Source: Mobula hypostoma (Eukaryota). From it: a stretch of DNA of 64,000 bases. The notes beneath the pieces were generated by a model. That model made no database searches, was not told the DNA's origin, and saw only the letters and a program-made list of their open reading frames with translations. Positions 23,970 to 36,159 of the stretch are shown piece after piece. The stretch covers positions 106,084,001-106,148,000 of the forward strand of contig NC_086108.1 in assembly GCF_963921235.1 (NCBI RefSeq), read 5' to 3'. Position numbers and translations under genes: made by a program. The number at the start of each line of letters is the position of its first letter. The first letter of the stretch is position 1.

Positions 23970-24125
23970 TTTAGAAACATAGAAAACCTACAGCACAATA
24001 CAGGCCCTTCGGCCCACAGAGTTGTGCCGAACATGTCCCTACCTTAGAAATTACCAGGCTTACCTATAGCCCTCTATTTTACTAAGCTCCATGTACCTAT
24101 CCAAAAGTCTCTTAAAAGACCCTAC
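23970..24125 (-). mobile_element. CR1 3' tail (family of 11225-11346)
   Basis: Reverse complement of ttggataggtacatggagcttag..ggttttctatgtttct; another copy at ~29495-29625(+). Confidence 0.8.
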
Positions 24126-24127
24126 CG

Positions 24128-24290
24128 TATCTCCTCCAACCTGAGAGTGGCCTCATTGTACAAGAGGCCATAGGCCAACATGTTGGAATGGAATTGGGGA
24201 TTGTAATTTAAATGGCTGGCCATCAGGAAACCCTGCTTATTGCAAATAGAGCCCCAGAGTCTGCTATGCCTTCTCCATGTCACTACCTTT
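24128..24290 (-). mobile_element. Penelope-like element, GIY-YIG endonuclease C-terminal fragment
   Basis: MASHLNYNPQFHSNMLAYGLLYNEATLRLEE resembles the PLE VAxHFN..HS..EATRxLEE end. Confidence 0.7.
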
Positions 24291-24467
24291 ATCCTAAGCT
24301 GTGCTTGCTGATCATTTAAAGAATCACTTACATTATCAGCAATGGAACCAAATAATAATAATAACTTCTTTATCGAGCACTTCTCATATAGACAATGTTG
24401 TACAAAGTGTTTTGCAAAGGGATAAATTGCAAACATTAAAAAAGAGAAAAAGTTCAAGTTTAAGTGT

Positions 24468-25520
24468 GATGAGGCCACACTCAGGTTGGAAGAGCAAGAC
24501 CTTTTATTCCGTCTGAGTAGCCTCCAACCTGATAGCATGAACATCGATTCCTCAAACTTCTGGATAACAGACTTGAGTGGAGCACCATCACAGAAGCTGT
24601 GTACAAGAAGGGCCAGAATATCCACTACTTCCTGAGGACACTGAGGTCCTTGGAGTATGCAGGCTTCTCCTTTACATATTCTACCAGTCTGTTATCACCA
24701 GTCCAATCTTCTCTGTGGTGGTGTGCTAGGGCAATGGTATCAAAACAGGTGATGTCAACAGGCTCAATAAACTGATTAGAAAGCCTGGCTCTGTTACAGG
24801 AGTCAAACTGGATACACTGGAGACTGTGGTAGAAAAAAGAAACTCTACGAAAAATCTTGACAATTCTGGACAACGTTTCTCACCCTCTGCATGCCAGCTT
24901 GGCTGAACTGAGGAGCACTTTCAGTGATAGACTAAGACAACTGTGCTGCTCCAAAGAGTTCTATATGAGGTCATCCTTATCCTTGGCCAGTAGGCTCTAT
25001 AATGAGTCAAACCTATAGCCGGGGAAGTGATGACCCCTCCTGTTAGATTGTTTGAGGTAACTTAATTTTTATTCTTTCTTATTTCCCTTCTAATATGTGT
25101 ATATTTGTATATCTGAGCACTTGTAATGCTACTGTGACACTGTAATTTCCTTTGGTCTCAATAAAGTATCTATCTAATTGCCCCCCTTCACTATTCCGAT
25201 TCCGGTTTCCCTCGTTCTCCTTATCTCCTTACCTGCCCATCACCTCCCTCTGGTGCTCCTCCCCCTTCCCTTTCCTTCTGCAGTCCTTTATCTTTTTCAC
25301 TTATCATTTTCCCAGATCCTTACTTCATCCCTCCCCCTCCCTGTTTCACCTATCACCTACCACTTTGTACTTCTTCCTCCCCTCCCCCCACCTTCTTGCT
25401 CTAACTTCTCATCTTTTTTAAACAGTCCTAATGAAGGGTCTCAGCCTGATAATGTCGATTGTTTACCCTTTCCCACGCATGCTGTCTGGCCTGCTGAGTT
25501 CCTCCAGCATTTTGTGTGCG
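24468..25520 (+). mobile_element. PLE 3' end (ORF terminus plus terminal repeat with a decayed hammerhead), split by a Rex insertion
   Basis: gatgaggccacactcaggttggaagag.. = DEATLRLEEQDLLFRLSSLQPDSMNIDSSNF; resumes at 25178 with a pyrimidine-rich UTR and cagtcctaatgaagggtctcagcctgataatgtcgattg. Confidence 0.8.
24567..25177 (+). mobile_element. Rex1/Babar 3' fragment (family of 48585-52190)
   Basis: tacttcctgaggacactgaggtcc..ttctaccagtctg; ends aataaagtatctatct. Confidence 0.85.
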
Positions 25521-25814
25521 CTGCGAGTCAAGTCTAAGTTTAATTGTCATTCAACCACACACAGGAATACAGCCAAACAAAACAGTGTTCCTCTGGAGCC
25601 AAAGTGCAATACCCAGTATCAACAGTCACACACAGCACACAGCACATATAGTGTACATATATAATTATGATAGCAGCAAAACATACAGTTAACTCACTAG
25701 TAGACCTGCCTGATGTTCTCAATATCCAACAGGGTCTAGCAATCTTGCAATCGTAAACAGGACAAACATTACATCTTTTGTTTTTGACCCAGAGAGGACC
25801 CTGCATGTTAGTTA

Positions 25815-26170
25815 AAACAAGGTTAAATAAATAGTTTTTGAGCTGATGTTTAAAAGAGTCAGTTGAGTTGGCATCCCTTCTAGTTTTAGGGAATGAATTC
25901 CATAGTTTCGGAGCATAGTTCAACAGAGCTGACCTGCCAATTATCTTTTAAGGGAGATTGCTTAAACTTAAGTGACCAGCGAAAAAACAAACTGGGACCT
26001 TGAACAGGATTATGAAACAAAAATGGTTCTGTGATGTACTTTGGTCCCAGGCCATTAAGAGTTTTAAAAAGAAGTAAGAGAACTTTAAAATCAATTCTAA
26101 AAGATACGGGAAGCCACTGCAGAATAGCTAGGACTGGAATATGTTCCCACATCCAGGTTTTAGTTAAAAC
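25815..26170 (-). mobile_element. L2-clade LINE 3' fragment
   Basis: HIPVLAILQWLPVSFRIDFKVLLLLFKTLNGLGPKY and APKLWNSFP..SFKHQLKNYLF are typical of the L2 C-terminus. Confidence 0.88.
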
Positions 26171-27912
26171 CAGGATGAATGCCAGGGAGAATGGGTCAAT
26201 TATGAGTGGCAAGTCTAACAGAAAAGGAAACAGAGCAACGTTTGAAATGTTCAACTGACCTGAACACGGAACAATGCAAAGAGGCTGAAAGTTCAGCATT
26301 GATTGTACACGCTCTCTATAAGCTGCTGAAGGATTAATTAAAAGCACCATGTTACCAAGTCAGACCAGTGTGCGAAAAATAACGCAAGCCTGGCTCACAG
26401 TTGATTCATAAATGTCTGACATACCAGATAATCTACTGGGGAAAAATAACCTTACTCAATAGACCCGATTCAGTGACAGGTTTAAGTCTTGACAATAGGA
26501 CTAAGGTCCAAACTACTGATGAATCATCTCAGTCTGCTGTCAAAGAGCTCTTCACACACAAAAAAAAGTGGCTCTGCAGAGCAGATGGAGTAAATATTTT
26601 TGATGTAAGGAGTCTGGTATTCTGTTAAACCTATACTTGACATTTACAGAATGAAGACCATGACGTCTGCTGTGACAATCTGGGCTTAATGAATGGTGAA
26701 ATTACTGGATGCAGATTTAGATTTATTTATCACTTGTACATAGGAGCATACAGTGAAATGTGTCTTTGCATTAACACCCACCACACCTAATTATGTGCTG
26801 GGGTCAGCCTACAAGCGTCACCACACATTCCGACGCCAACATAGTATGCCCATAGCAGAACAGCACAGAACACAACAAGCAACAAAACAACAATAGCCAA
26901 ACTTTCTTCTTTCCCACCCACCCACACACACAAACAGTCCTAGAATGGCAGGCCAGGCCTCCAGTCTTCTGATCGATTTTCAGTATCGACCCCCGAACTA
27001 ACTGACAATGAGACCCCGAACTCCGGACTCATCAGCTATCCAGCTTTCCTCCCTCCTGCTTGCACAGGCGTCTGATCCTGGGACCCACACATCTCCTCCA
27101 CATCCCTGTCCTAAACCAACGTTCAAAGCTAATTTATTATCAAAGTGGTTAGTAGTATCAGTGTCGGACTTTTCGAATCCAGCCGGCTCCCCTGCACGCT
27201 TTCCATCCATGCAGGGTTACAAGCTGGTGATCTCTTTGCAAACTCACCCAGCAGAAGGCAATGGCAAACAACTGCTGTAACTTGCCTCGTACGCGGTTCC
27301 CCACTACGTCAGAGAGGCGTGGAGAGAAATCGTCCGCTAACCAGAGAAACTCCCGGATGCGACGTACCTTTCCTTTCCTACATATATGTAACCATATACT
27401 ACCTTGAGATTCATTTTCTTGCAGGCATTCACAATAAATACAAAAAACACAATAGAATCAACAAAAAATCTACAAACACAGGCAAACAGCCATTGTGCAA
27501 AAGACAACAAATACTGCAAATACAAAAATAAAAACAAAATCACAATAATAGATAAATAAGTAATGAATAACATTGAGAACAGGAGTTGCAGACTCCTTGA
27601 AAGGGAATCAGTTGGGACCTCCGTGTTGGGGTGAATGAAATTATTACCTCTGGTTCAGGAGCCAGATGGTTGAGGGGTAATAAATGTTCCTGAATTTGTT
27701 GGAGGTACTCTGAGCTCTAACTCTCCCCTCTGTCCCCAAAACCATCCCTATGAACTTTAAAAGGAACTACATCTGATCCACAATCCTAATGGGTGGTGTA
27801 ACATAAAATATAGAACAGTACAGCACAGGGAAAGACCCTTCAACCTATAATATTTGTGCTAACCATAATACAATTGTAACCACATGGCCTTTACAAGGTC
27901 AGTATCATTTAT

Positions 27913-27991
27913 AAGGGTTCCCAACCTTTGTTATGCCATTGACCCTTACCATTAACCAAAGGGCCCGTAGACCCCAGGTTGGGAACTCCTC
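27913..27991. mobile_element. ~80-bp hAT/Charlie-type MITE
   Basis: TIRs agggttcccaacct / aggttgggaactcct; interrupts a CR1 tail; 8-bp TSD not evident. Confidence 0.6.
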
Positions 27992-28035
27992 ATCCCTCTG
28001 CTCCCCACCTGTTCACATGCCTGTCTGTCCGATGT

Positions 28036-28645
28036 TAGATTATGAAGACACGTAGTCCTCTTTTATTGTCATTTAGTAATGCATGCATTAAGAAATGATA
28101 CAATATTTCCTCCATTGTGATATCACAAAACACAGGACAGACCGAAAAAACTGACAAAACCACATAATTATACATATATTTACAACAGTGCAACAATACT
28201 ATAACCTGATGAAGAAGTCCATGAGCACAGTAAAAGTTCAGAGTCTCTTAAGTGTCCCACATCTCACGCAGGCGGGAGAAGGAAGAGCTCTCCCTGCCAT
28301 GCTGACCACAGTCCGACTCTGAGCCATCTGAAAACTTCGAGCTCTGATCAGCTCTCCGATACCGAGTACTGAGCGTCATCTCTGTCCGAACGATTCAACC
28401 TCCTTCTCGGTTGCCAAAAGCAGGCAAGGCCAGGGATTTTGAGGCCTACCCTCCAAAAGATTCCCGACCACGCAGTAAAGACAGCAGAGAACGAGCATTT
28501 CAGAAATTTCTCCAGATGTTCCTCTGTGCTTTCACGTCCATTCTCCATCAAATCAGAATCATCCACGGCCCCTATTTAACAGATACAATATCATTTTTCA
28601 CCGGAGGGCTGTGCAATCGTGGTGCACTGCTCTTCTCCTCCCACC
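28036..28645 (-). mobile_element. ~620-bp non-autonomous retroelement, copy 2
   Basis: Reverse complement of 2812-3430 (ORF 28411..28716 matches 2687..3046); possible TSD TGTTA at 28033-28037 and 28647-28651. Confidence 0.88.
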
Positions 28646-28864
28646 TTGTTATCGTATCTGCTCTACTACCACTCGTGACAGCATGTTCCAGGTCAAAGTT
28701 CAAATGTTCAACATAAATTTTTTTGTCATTTGCTCTCTCGATATTTATGTTTGCAGGTATTCACAGTAGAACTGCACCAACTACACACAAAGACTGACAA
28801 ACAACCAATGTGCAAAAGACAAACTGTGCAAATAATTAACAAGCAAAGAAAGAAAGAAACAACA

Positions 28865-28972
28865 AATAAGTAGATAGATAAATACTGTAGATAAATAAAT
28901 AGATAATTAGACAGACAGATAGATAGATAAAAAGGTAGATAGACAGATAAATAGATAGATAGATAGACAGAT
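28865..28972 (+). repeat. Imperfect (GATA)n/(GACA)n microsatellite
   Basis: Direct reading. Confidence 0.9.
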
Positions 28973-30084
28973 ATTTCTGAGAACATGAGTTGTAGAGGTC
29001 TTGAAAGTGAGCCCAGCACCACCCCAGGCATCCTCCACTCTCCATGTTTTATAAAAACCTGCCCTGCCCATATCCTTTAAACTGTCAACCTCTCACCCTG
29101 AACACATCTATGTGAAACGCTATCGCAGGAAAGCAGCATCCACCATCGGGGACCTCCACCAGCCAGGACGTGTTCTCTTCTCACTGTCTGCCATCAGAAA
29201 TCACAGCATCAGGTTATTACCCTTCAACCATCAGGATCGTGAACCAAAGGGAGCAACTCCACTCAACTTCACTTGCCCCATCTTTGAAATGTTCCCTCAC
29301 CGTCACGGTCTCTTCAGCTCATGTTCTCAATATCGGCTGAGACTAGAGCAAAGCACAATAACATTTCCCTGCCTGCCTCTATTTGGCCTTGCCTGAGAAA
29401 CTGGACTGTCGAGTCAACTGACCCTGAGGACTAACAATATTCATTTATTGTTTAGTTGTTCCTTTCAGTGCAGTGCTGGCTTTGCTGAGGCTCCTGGGTA
29501 GGTACACGGAGCTTAGAAAAATAGAGGGCTATGAGTAACCCTAGGTAATTTCCAAAGTAAGTACATGTTCAGCACAGCATTGTGGGTCGAAGGGCCTGTA
29601 TGGTGTTGTAGGTTTTCTATGTTTCAACATGTATTGCTTATTTATTTATTATTATTTGTTGTTCTTTCTTTTTGTATTTGTACAGATTGTTGTCTTTTGC
29701 ACACTGGTTGAATGCCCAAGTTGATGCAGTCTTTCATTGATTTTAATATGGTTATTACCCTATTTTGGATTTATTGAGATTGCCCACAGGAAAATTAATT
29801 TCAGGATTGTATATGCTGACATATATGTACTTTGATAATAAGTTTACTTTGAACTTTGAAGAGTATGTCCTCTATTACTGTGACTATCTATCCATACCTC
29901 TCATAATTTTGTAAATTTCTCACATCCTGGAATAAACAACCCCAGCTTATCAACCTTTCCTCATAGCACATACCCTCTAATCCAGGCAGCATCCTGGTAA
30001 ATCTCATCTGCTCCCTCTCCAAAGTTTCCACATCCTCCCTGTAATGGAGTTATCAGAATTGCTCCAATTGAGGCCTAACCAAAG

Positions 30085-31022
30085 GTCTTGTCTCCCTTCC
30101 TCTTCACCATTTACACCTCGGACTTCAACTACTGCACAGAGTCTTGCCATCTTCAGAAGTTTTCTGATGACTCTGCCATAGTTGGATGCATCAGCAAGGG
30201 AGATGAGGCTGAGTACAGGGCTACGATAGGAAACTTTGTCACATGATGTGAGCAGAATTATCTGCAGCTTAATGTGAAAAAGACTAAGGAGCTGGTGGTA
30301 GACATGAGGAGGGCTATGGCACCGGTGACTCCTGTTTCCATCCGGGGGTCAGTGTGGACATGATGGAGGATTACAAATACCTGGGGATACGAATTAACAA
30401 TAAACTGGACTGGTCAAAGAACACTGAGGCTGTCTACAAAAAGGGTCAGAGCCATCTCTATTTCCTGAGGAGACTGAGGTCCTTTAACATCTGTCGGACA
30501 ATGCTGAGGATGTTCTATGAGTCTGTGGTGGCCAGTGCTATCATATTTGCTGCTGTGTGCTGGGGCAGCAGGCTGAATGTAGCAGACACCAACAGAATCA
30601 ATGAACTCATTCGTAAGGCCAGTGATGTTGTGGGGATGGAACTGGACTCTCTGACGATGGTGTCTGAAAAGAGGATGCTGTCCAAGTTGAATGCCATCTT
30701 GGACAATGTCTCCCATCAACTACATAATGGACTGGTTGGGCACAGGAGTACATTCAGCCAGAGACTCATTCCACCGAGATGCTACACTGAGCGTCATAGG
30801 AAGTCATTCCTGCCTGTGGCCATCAAACTTTACAACTCCTCCCTTGGAGGGTCCGGCACCCTGAGCCAATAGGCTGGTCCTGGACATTTCCTGGCATAAT
30901 TTACATATTACTATTTAATTATTTATGGTTTCATTACTATTTAATTATTTATGGTGCAACTGTAATGAAAACCAATTTCCCTCAGGATCAATAAAGTATG
31001 ACAATGACTATGACTATGACTA
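30085..31022 (+). mobile_element. Rex1/Babar LINE 3' portion
   Basis: KFSDDS (aagttttctgatgac ~30157); ORF 30354..30872 YKYLGIRINNKLDWSKNT..LYFLRRLRSF..FYESVVAS; (TATGAC)n tail. Confidence 0.93.
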
Positions 31023-31282
31023 TTATTTAGAGATTCAGCATGGTAACGGGCCCTGCCAGCATAATAGGCTCAATTGGTCCAGTTATATCCATGTTACCCA
31101 TGAATCTAATAACCCATACATCTTTGGTGTGTGGGAGGAAACTGGGGCACCCAGAGGAAACCCATGCAGTCACGAGGAGAATGTACAATCTCCTTACGGG
31201 AGGCAGCAGAATTGAACCACGGTTGCTGCTGCTGTAATACTGTGTTGCCCAGTCTTTGCAACTACGTACAGCTGCATTGTGA
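31022..31282 (-). mobile_element. tRNA-derived SINE
   Basis: Core gaggaaacccatgcagtcacgaggagaatgtac; B-box complement aattgaacc. Confidence 0.75.
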
Positions 31283-31289
31283 CTTAACT

Positions 31290-31552
31290 CTGCCATGGGC
31301 GGTCCCAAGCCCAGCTATGAAAGAAGGAGGGTTGCGCATGGGGGTACAGAAATGCCAGAAGAAGGTCCAAAGACTTATTCCCTAGGTGAGGAAGGATTTT
31401 CACCCAGAAGATGCACCTGTATGAAGATATGTGGTGAAAGTGGAAGCCACAGGGCAGATCAACCTCCTATCGGCCCAGGATAGAGGACACTAGTGAGCTG
31501 TTTTTGGAGGTCTGTGCCCCTCTAGAGATGATGAGTTTAAGAAGAGAAGAAT
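31290..31552 (+). mobile_element. Bipartite RTE-derived non-autonomous element
   Basis: RTE 5'UTR-like gggcggtcccaagccc..aggagggttg joined to an RTE 3'-like gcccaggatagagg..ggaggtctgtgcccc; AAG-rich tail. Confidence 0.55.
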
Positions 31553-32604
31553 ATGACCTTTTAGTCTTTTACTCAAAGCCTCGAATAATGAAGACAAGCA
31601 TGCCTTACACCTTCATTACAATCCGAACTGCTTGCATCTCTGTTTTGAGGGAGTTATTCTGTGTGAACCAATACTGAGAGCAGCCCTCTTGAGTCAGGGC
31701 CTCATGACATTTCTGCCTCTTCAATGGACGCTTCAGAGTGAACGCGTAAGTTGTGGAGTAACCAAATCTCCAGTGCCCGAGGCCCAACATAGATGGTGCA
31801 CCATGAAATTGGACGATTCCCATGGGATGGAAGTTGCCAAGGAGACAGAGCCAAGATGTGCTCCAGTTACACTGCGGTCAGTTCACAGATGAAGAAACAT
31901 CAGTTGTGTGCTTCACTTGAGGAGGCCAGAGGGGTGTGGTGATTTGATGGAGAGAAAACCAATTGAGTAATTTCAATTATCAGTCTTTACTTATCAATCA
32001 GGTGATCCTGTAATTATTGACATCAGTACATTGCAACAACTTCCTTTCAATGGATGAAGCCCCAGAGATATCTAACAACATACCACTTGATGTCATGTTT
32101 TTCTGTTGGCAGAATAATATTAACCCTGTAAAGTGCTGAACAGTCATCAAGCAAGCACTGAGCAGTAGTAATCACTGCCCGACAAAAAAGAAAAGCAATA
32201 GCAGGGGCTCCGCTGCCAGATCCAGCAGAGTTTTAATGTCCTCCTGGTGGATGTCTACGTCGCTCACAAATTGGATTCAGCAGTCACCTACGAACACACA
32301 ACAGAACTGCACAAATCCGACTGTCTTCATTGGATACGATGGACAACCACTAAAATCAACATTAGGCAAGAACTACTTTAAAGCAAACATGGGGTCACAG
32401 AACACTACAGCAGAGAAAAAGGCCATTCGGCCCATCTAGTCTGTGCCAAATGTCTTTACATTTATAAATGAGTAACTTTCTGCTTTCCTGCCTTCCCTAC
32501 AGATCATTTCATCACATCACTGCCTCGCAACAGTAGATGGGAGAACAATAACAGAATGCAGAATTAAGTGTCACAGGTAGAAAACATGTAGTTCATGAAG
32601 TCAA

Positions 32605-33397
32605 AAACACAAACATGAGAAAATCTGCAGATGCTGGAAATTCAAGAAACACACACAAAATGCTGGTGGAACGCAGCAGGCCAGGCAGCATCTAGAGGAA
32701 AAAGTACAGTCAACTTTTCGGGTCAAGACCCTTTGTCAGGTCTAATGGAAAAAAGAGATAGTAAGAGATTTGACAGTGGGGGTGGGGAGACCCGAAATGG
32801 TAGGAGAAGGCAGGAGGGGGAGGGATGAAGCCAAGAGCTGGGAAGTAGATTGGCAAAAGCGACACGAGACTGGAGAAGGGGGAGTATCATGGGACGGAAG
32901 GCCTTGGAAGAAAGAAAGGGGGAGGGGAGCACCAGAGGAAGATAGAGAACAGGCAAGGAGTTATTGTGAGAGGGAAAGAGAGAAAAAAAGCCCCTCCTCC
33001 CCTTCTTAACCCATCCCTATTTATGTATTTATTTATTTGTTTATTTGTTTGTTTGTTTGTTTACTTATTCTCTCTTTCCTTCTCACAATAACTCCTTGCC
33101 TGTTCTCCATCATCCTCTGGTGCTCCGCTCCCACCTTCTTTCTTCCAAGGTCTTCTGTCCCATGATCCTCCCCCTTCTCTAGCCTTGTATCCCTTTTGCC
33201 AATCTACTTCCCAGCTCTTGGCTTCATCCCTCCACCTCCTGTGTTCTCCTATCATTTTGGGTCTCCCCCTCTGTCTCCCACTTTCAAATCTCTTACTATC
33301 TCTTTTTTCCATTAGTCCTGACATTTTTCCAAACGTCGACCATACTTCTTCCTATAGATGCTGCCTGGCCTGTTGCGTTCCACCAGCATTTTGTGTG
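32605..33397. mobile_element. Inverted pair of PLE terminal repeats within one 15-bp TSD
   Basis: TSD AGTTCATGAAGTCAA at 32590-32604 and 33398-33412; minus arm ~32605-32988, plus arm ~32992-33397 (ORF 32631..32828 matches 33061..33324). Confidence 0.88.
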
Positions 33398-33734
33398 AGT
33401 TCATGAAGTCAATAGTCCCAGGCCGTAATGAGGTAGATTGTGAGGTAGCTGCTGATCTCTTCCTCCTTCCTTTCCATTCTTATGATGGGTCTGAGACCAA
33501 AAGGTTGACTGTTTATATCCTTTCATAGATGCTGCCTGACCTGCTGAGTTCTACCAGCATTTAGTGTGTTAATCTGTATTTCCAAGATCCATAGAATCTC
33601 CTGTGTTAAAAGTTGTGAGGTCAAGGGTCTGACTTATCAGACTTGGGGACTGATATATATTAATGCTGTAAAGCCTTATCAAAAAACTTTTGAAGTGTGG
33701 ATCCTTTGCTATGTGAAAATAACAGGCAATATAA

Positions 33735-34130
33735 CGGACAATCTCACCTTGTCCCTCAGCACCACATTTTTGGTCAAGAAAGCGCTGCAGCATCTTCACT
33801 TCCTGAGGAAATTGAGGCAAATGAGGCTCACCCCCATTTTAATTTTAACAGAAACCTCATCAGTAGTGTCCTGACCAGCTGCATCACCGGCTGGTATGGG
33901 AATTGCAAGGCACCTGACCACAGGACCCTACAGAGGATTGCAAGGATTACTGAGAGAATCATCAGGGTCTCTCTTCGACTCATCAGAGATATTTATCTGG
34001 AGCACGGCATACACCAGGCCCTTGGCATTGTTATGAGCTCTTCCAATCATCCAACAATCTCTTTGACCCCATTACCATTGGGCAGGAGGGACCACAGCAT
34101 TAGATTAAGAACTGTTAGGATGGTAAACTG
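33735..34130 (+). mobile_element. Degenerate Rex1/Babar fragment
   Basis: VKKALQHLHFLRKLRQ; SVLTSCITGWYGNC..LQRIARITERII. Confidence 0.8.
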
Positions 34131-35119
34131 TATTGTGTTGTGCATCTTGCTCCAGAGGAACCTTGTTCCATTTGGCAGTATACATGTGTACTCTTGTGTT
34201 AGATATATGTATACATGTGTACCTTGATCGCTGGGCACTGCAGAGAGTGATATGGACAGCCCAGCACATCTGTAGATGTGAACTTCACTCCACTAATGAC
34301 ATTTATGACCAAAGATAAAATGGCTGGAGCCACTTAGCACTCTAGTGCAAGGATGTTTATTGGGTGAGTCAGAAATCAAGCTTACAAAAATTAGCAAAAA
34401 TAATGAAATGTAACATGCCAATATTTACAAAATGATATCTACAAGAAAACACGAGAATAGCTCCATACTTATTCTTGTCCAGTGTGAACTCCTGCAGCCC
34501 CTACCTCTCTCCCTTACTGAGGGCGATGGGCCCCTTTTCTGTAGGCAACAGGACATACCGTCTGTATTTACCAACAGAGTTAACTTAGGACTACACATAA
34601 ATCAGAATATGATGCACCCCACAATGCAGTTACAATCATATTACAAAACAAACAGAAGTATCTACCTTAAATACAGGACACAAAGAATATACATACACAC
34701 ACACACACACACACATCCCCATTAATAAAGAAATGCAATAGACTGCCGTGTATGGCCAACCTGAATATATCAGCTCAGTTTAGGACCCATTATGAGAATA
34801 TACTGGAGAAAACATTGAAGGCAGCTGTAGAGGCCAAGCTATTGGGTATACTTAAGGCAGACGTTAATAATTTCTTGATTAGTCAGGGCATAAGAGATAC
34901 ACGGAGAAGGCAGGAGATTGGGGTTGACAGGGAAATGGATCAGATATGATGAAATGGTGCAGACCATAAGACCATAAAACATAGGAGCAGGATTAGGCCA
35001 TGTAGCCCATCATTCCATCATGGTTGATCCATTTCCTTTCAATCCCATTCTCCTGGTTTTTCTTTGTAATCTTTCATGCCCTGACTAATCAGGAACTTAT
35101 TAATCTTTGCCTTAAATAC

Positions 35120-35680
35120 ATCCTCAACATCAATGGGTCTGAAAGGCTGAGTCGCTTCGAGTTCCCCGGTACACACATCAACGATGATCTCACCTGGACT
35201 GTACACACTGGCTGTGTGGCAAGAGAAAGTTCAACAGCGTCTCTTCCACCTCAGGCAACTGAAGAAGTTCAGCACGGGCCCCCAAGTCCTCAAGACCTTC
35301 TACAGGGGCACCATTGATTGTGTGCGGACTGGCTCTATCACCACTTGGAACGAGAAATTCATCAACCTTGATCGCTGGGCACTGCAGAGAGTGATATGGA
35401 CAGCCCAGCACATCTGTAGATGTGAACTTCACTCCACTAATGACATTTATAGCAGCAGGTGCAGAAAGCAGGCTTGGAAAGCAGAGACACCAGTCATCCC
35501 AACCATAAACTATTTCAGCAGCTTCTGTCCGGCAAACATTAAAGCCATGACCAAAAGGCTATGGGGTCAGCTTCTTTCTACAAGCTATTAGACTTTTATA
35601 TTCACATGCCTGCACATTGCAACACAAAGATTTTTACTCCCCCACGTTGTGGGATGGATGTAAGATTTAAATAAATTGTT
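35120..35680 (+). mobile_element. Degenerate Rex1/Babar 3' fragment
   Basis: KVQQRLFHLRQLKKF..LKTFYRGTID..LQRVIWTAQHI. Confidence 0.82.
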
Positions 35681-36159
35681 TTATTCAATAACCTGGCCTA
35701 GTCATTGGGTGCAGTGCAGGTAGACAAAGGGACCATGACAAGGTCGACTGAAAGAGTTCATCTTTATCATTCTTGTTACTCAATGTCACTCAGCAAAATG
35801 CTGGAGGAAGTCAACAGGTCAGACAACATTTATAGAGAGGAGTAAACGGATGACTTTTCAGGCAAAGAACCTTCAATGGCAAATCCTAAACCAATATACA
35901 CCATATATCATGATAAAAGTGATATAATGCAAATCCAGTTAAAGGCCATGCAAATATACAACCCATAATTAACTATTTAAACAATGAAGAATGTTTCATC
36001 AAAACATTTATTTCCAACATCACTCAAATATTACTGAAATATTAAATATACTGCAATCTGGACTGAGAAAAGAGGGGAAATAGCCAATACAAACAATGAA
36101 CATAAAGGGTGGAGTAAGATATAGCAGGTGATAGGTGGTTGAGTTGAATTCAATGACAG

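Noticed and set aside
28726..29045. YLSI-repeat ORFs
   Set aside because: Translation of a (GATA)n microsatellite
31605..31892. Overlapping 72-86-aa ORFs in unique DNA
   Set aside because: No recognisable domain; lengths are compatible with chance
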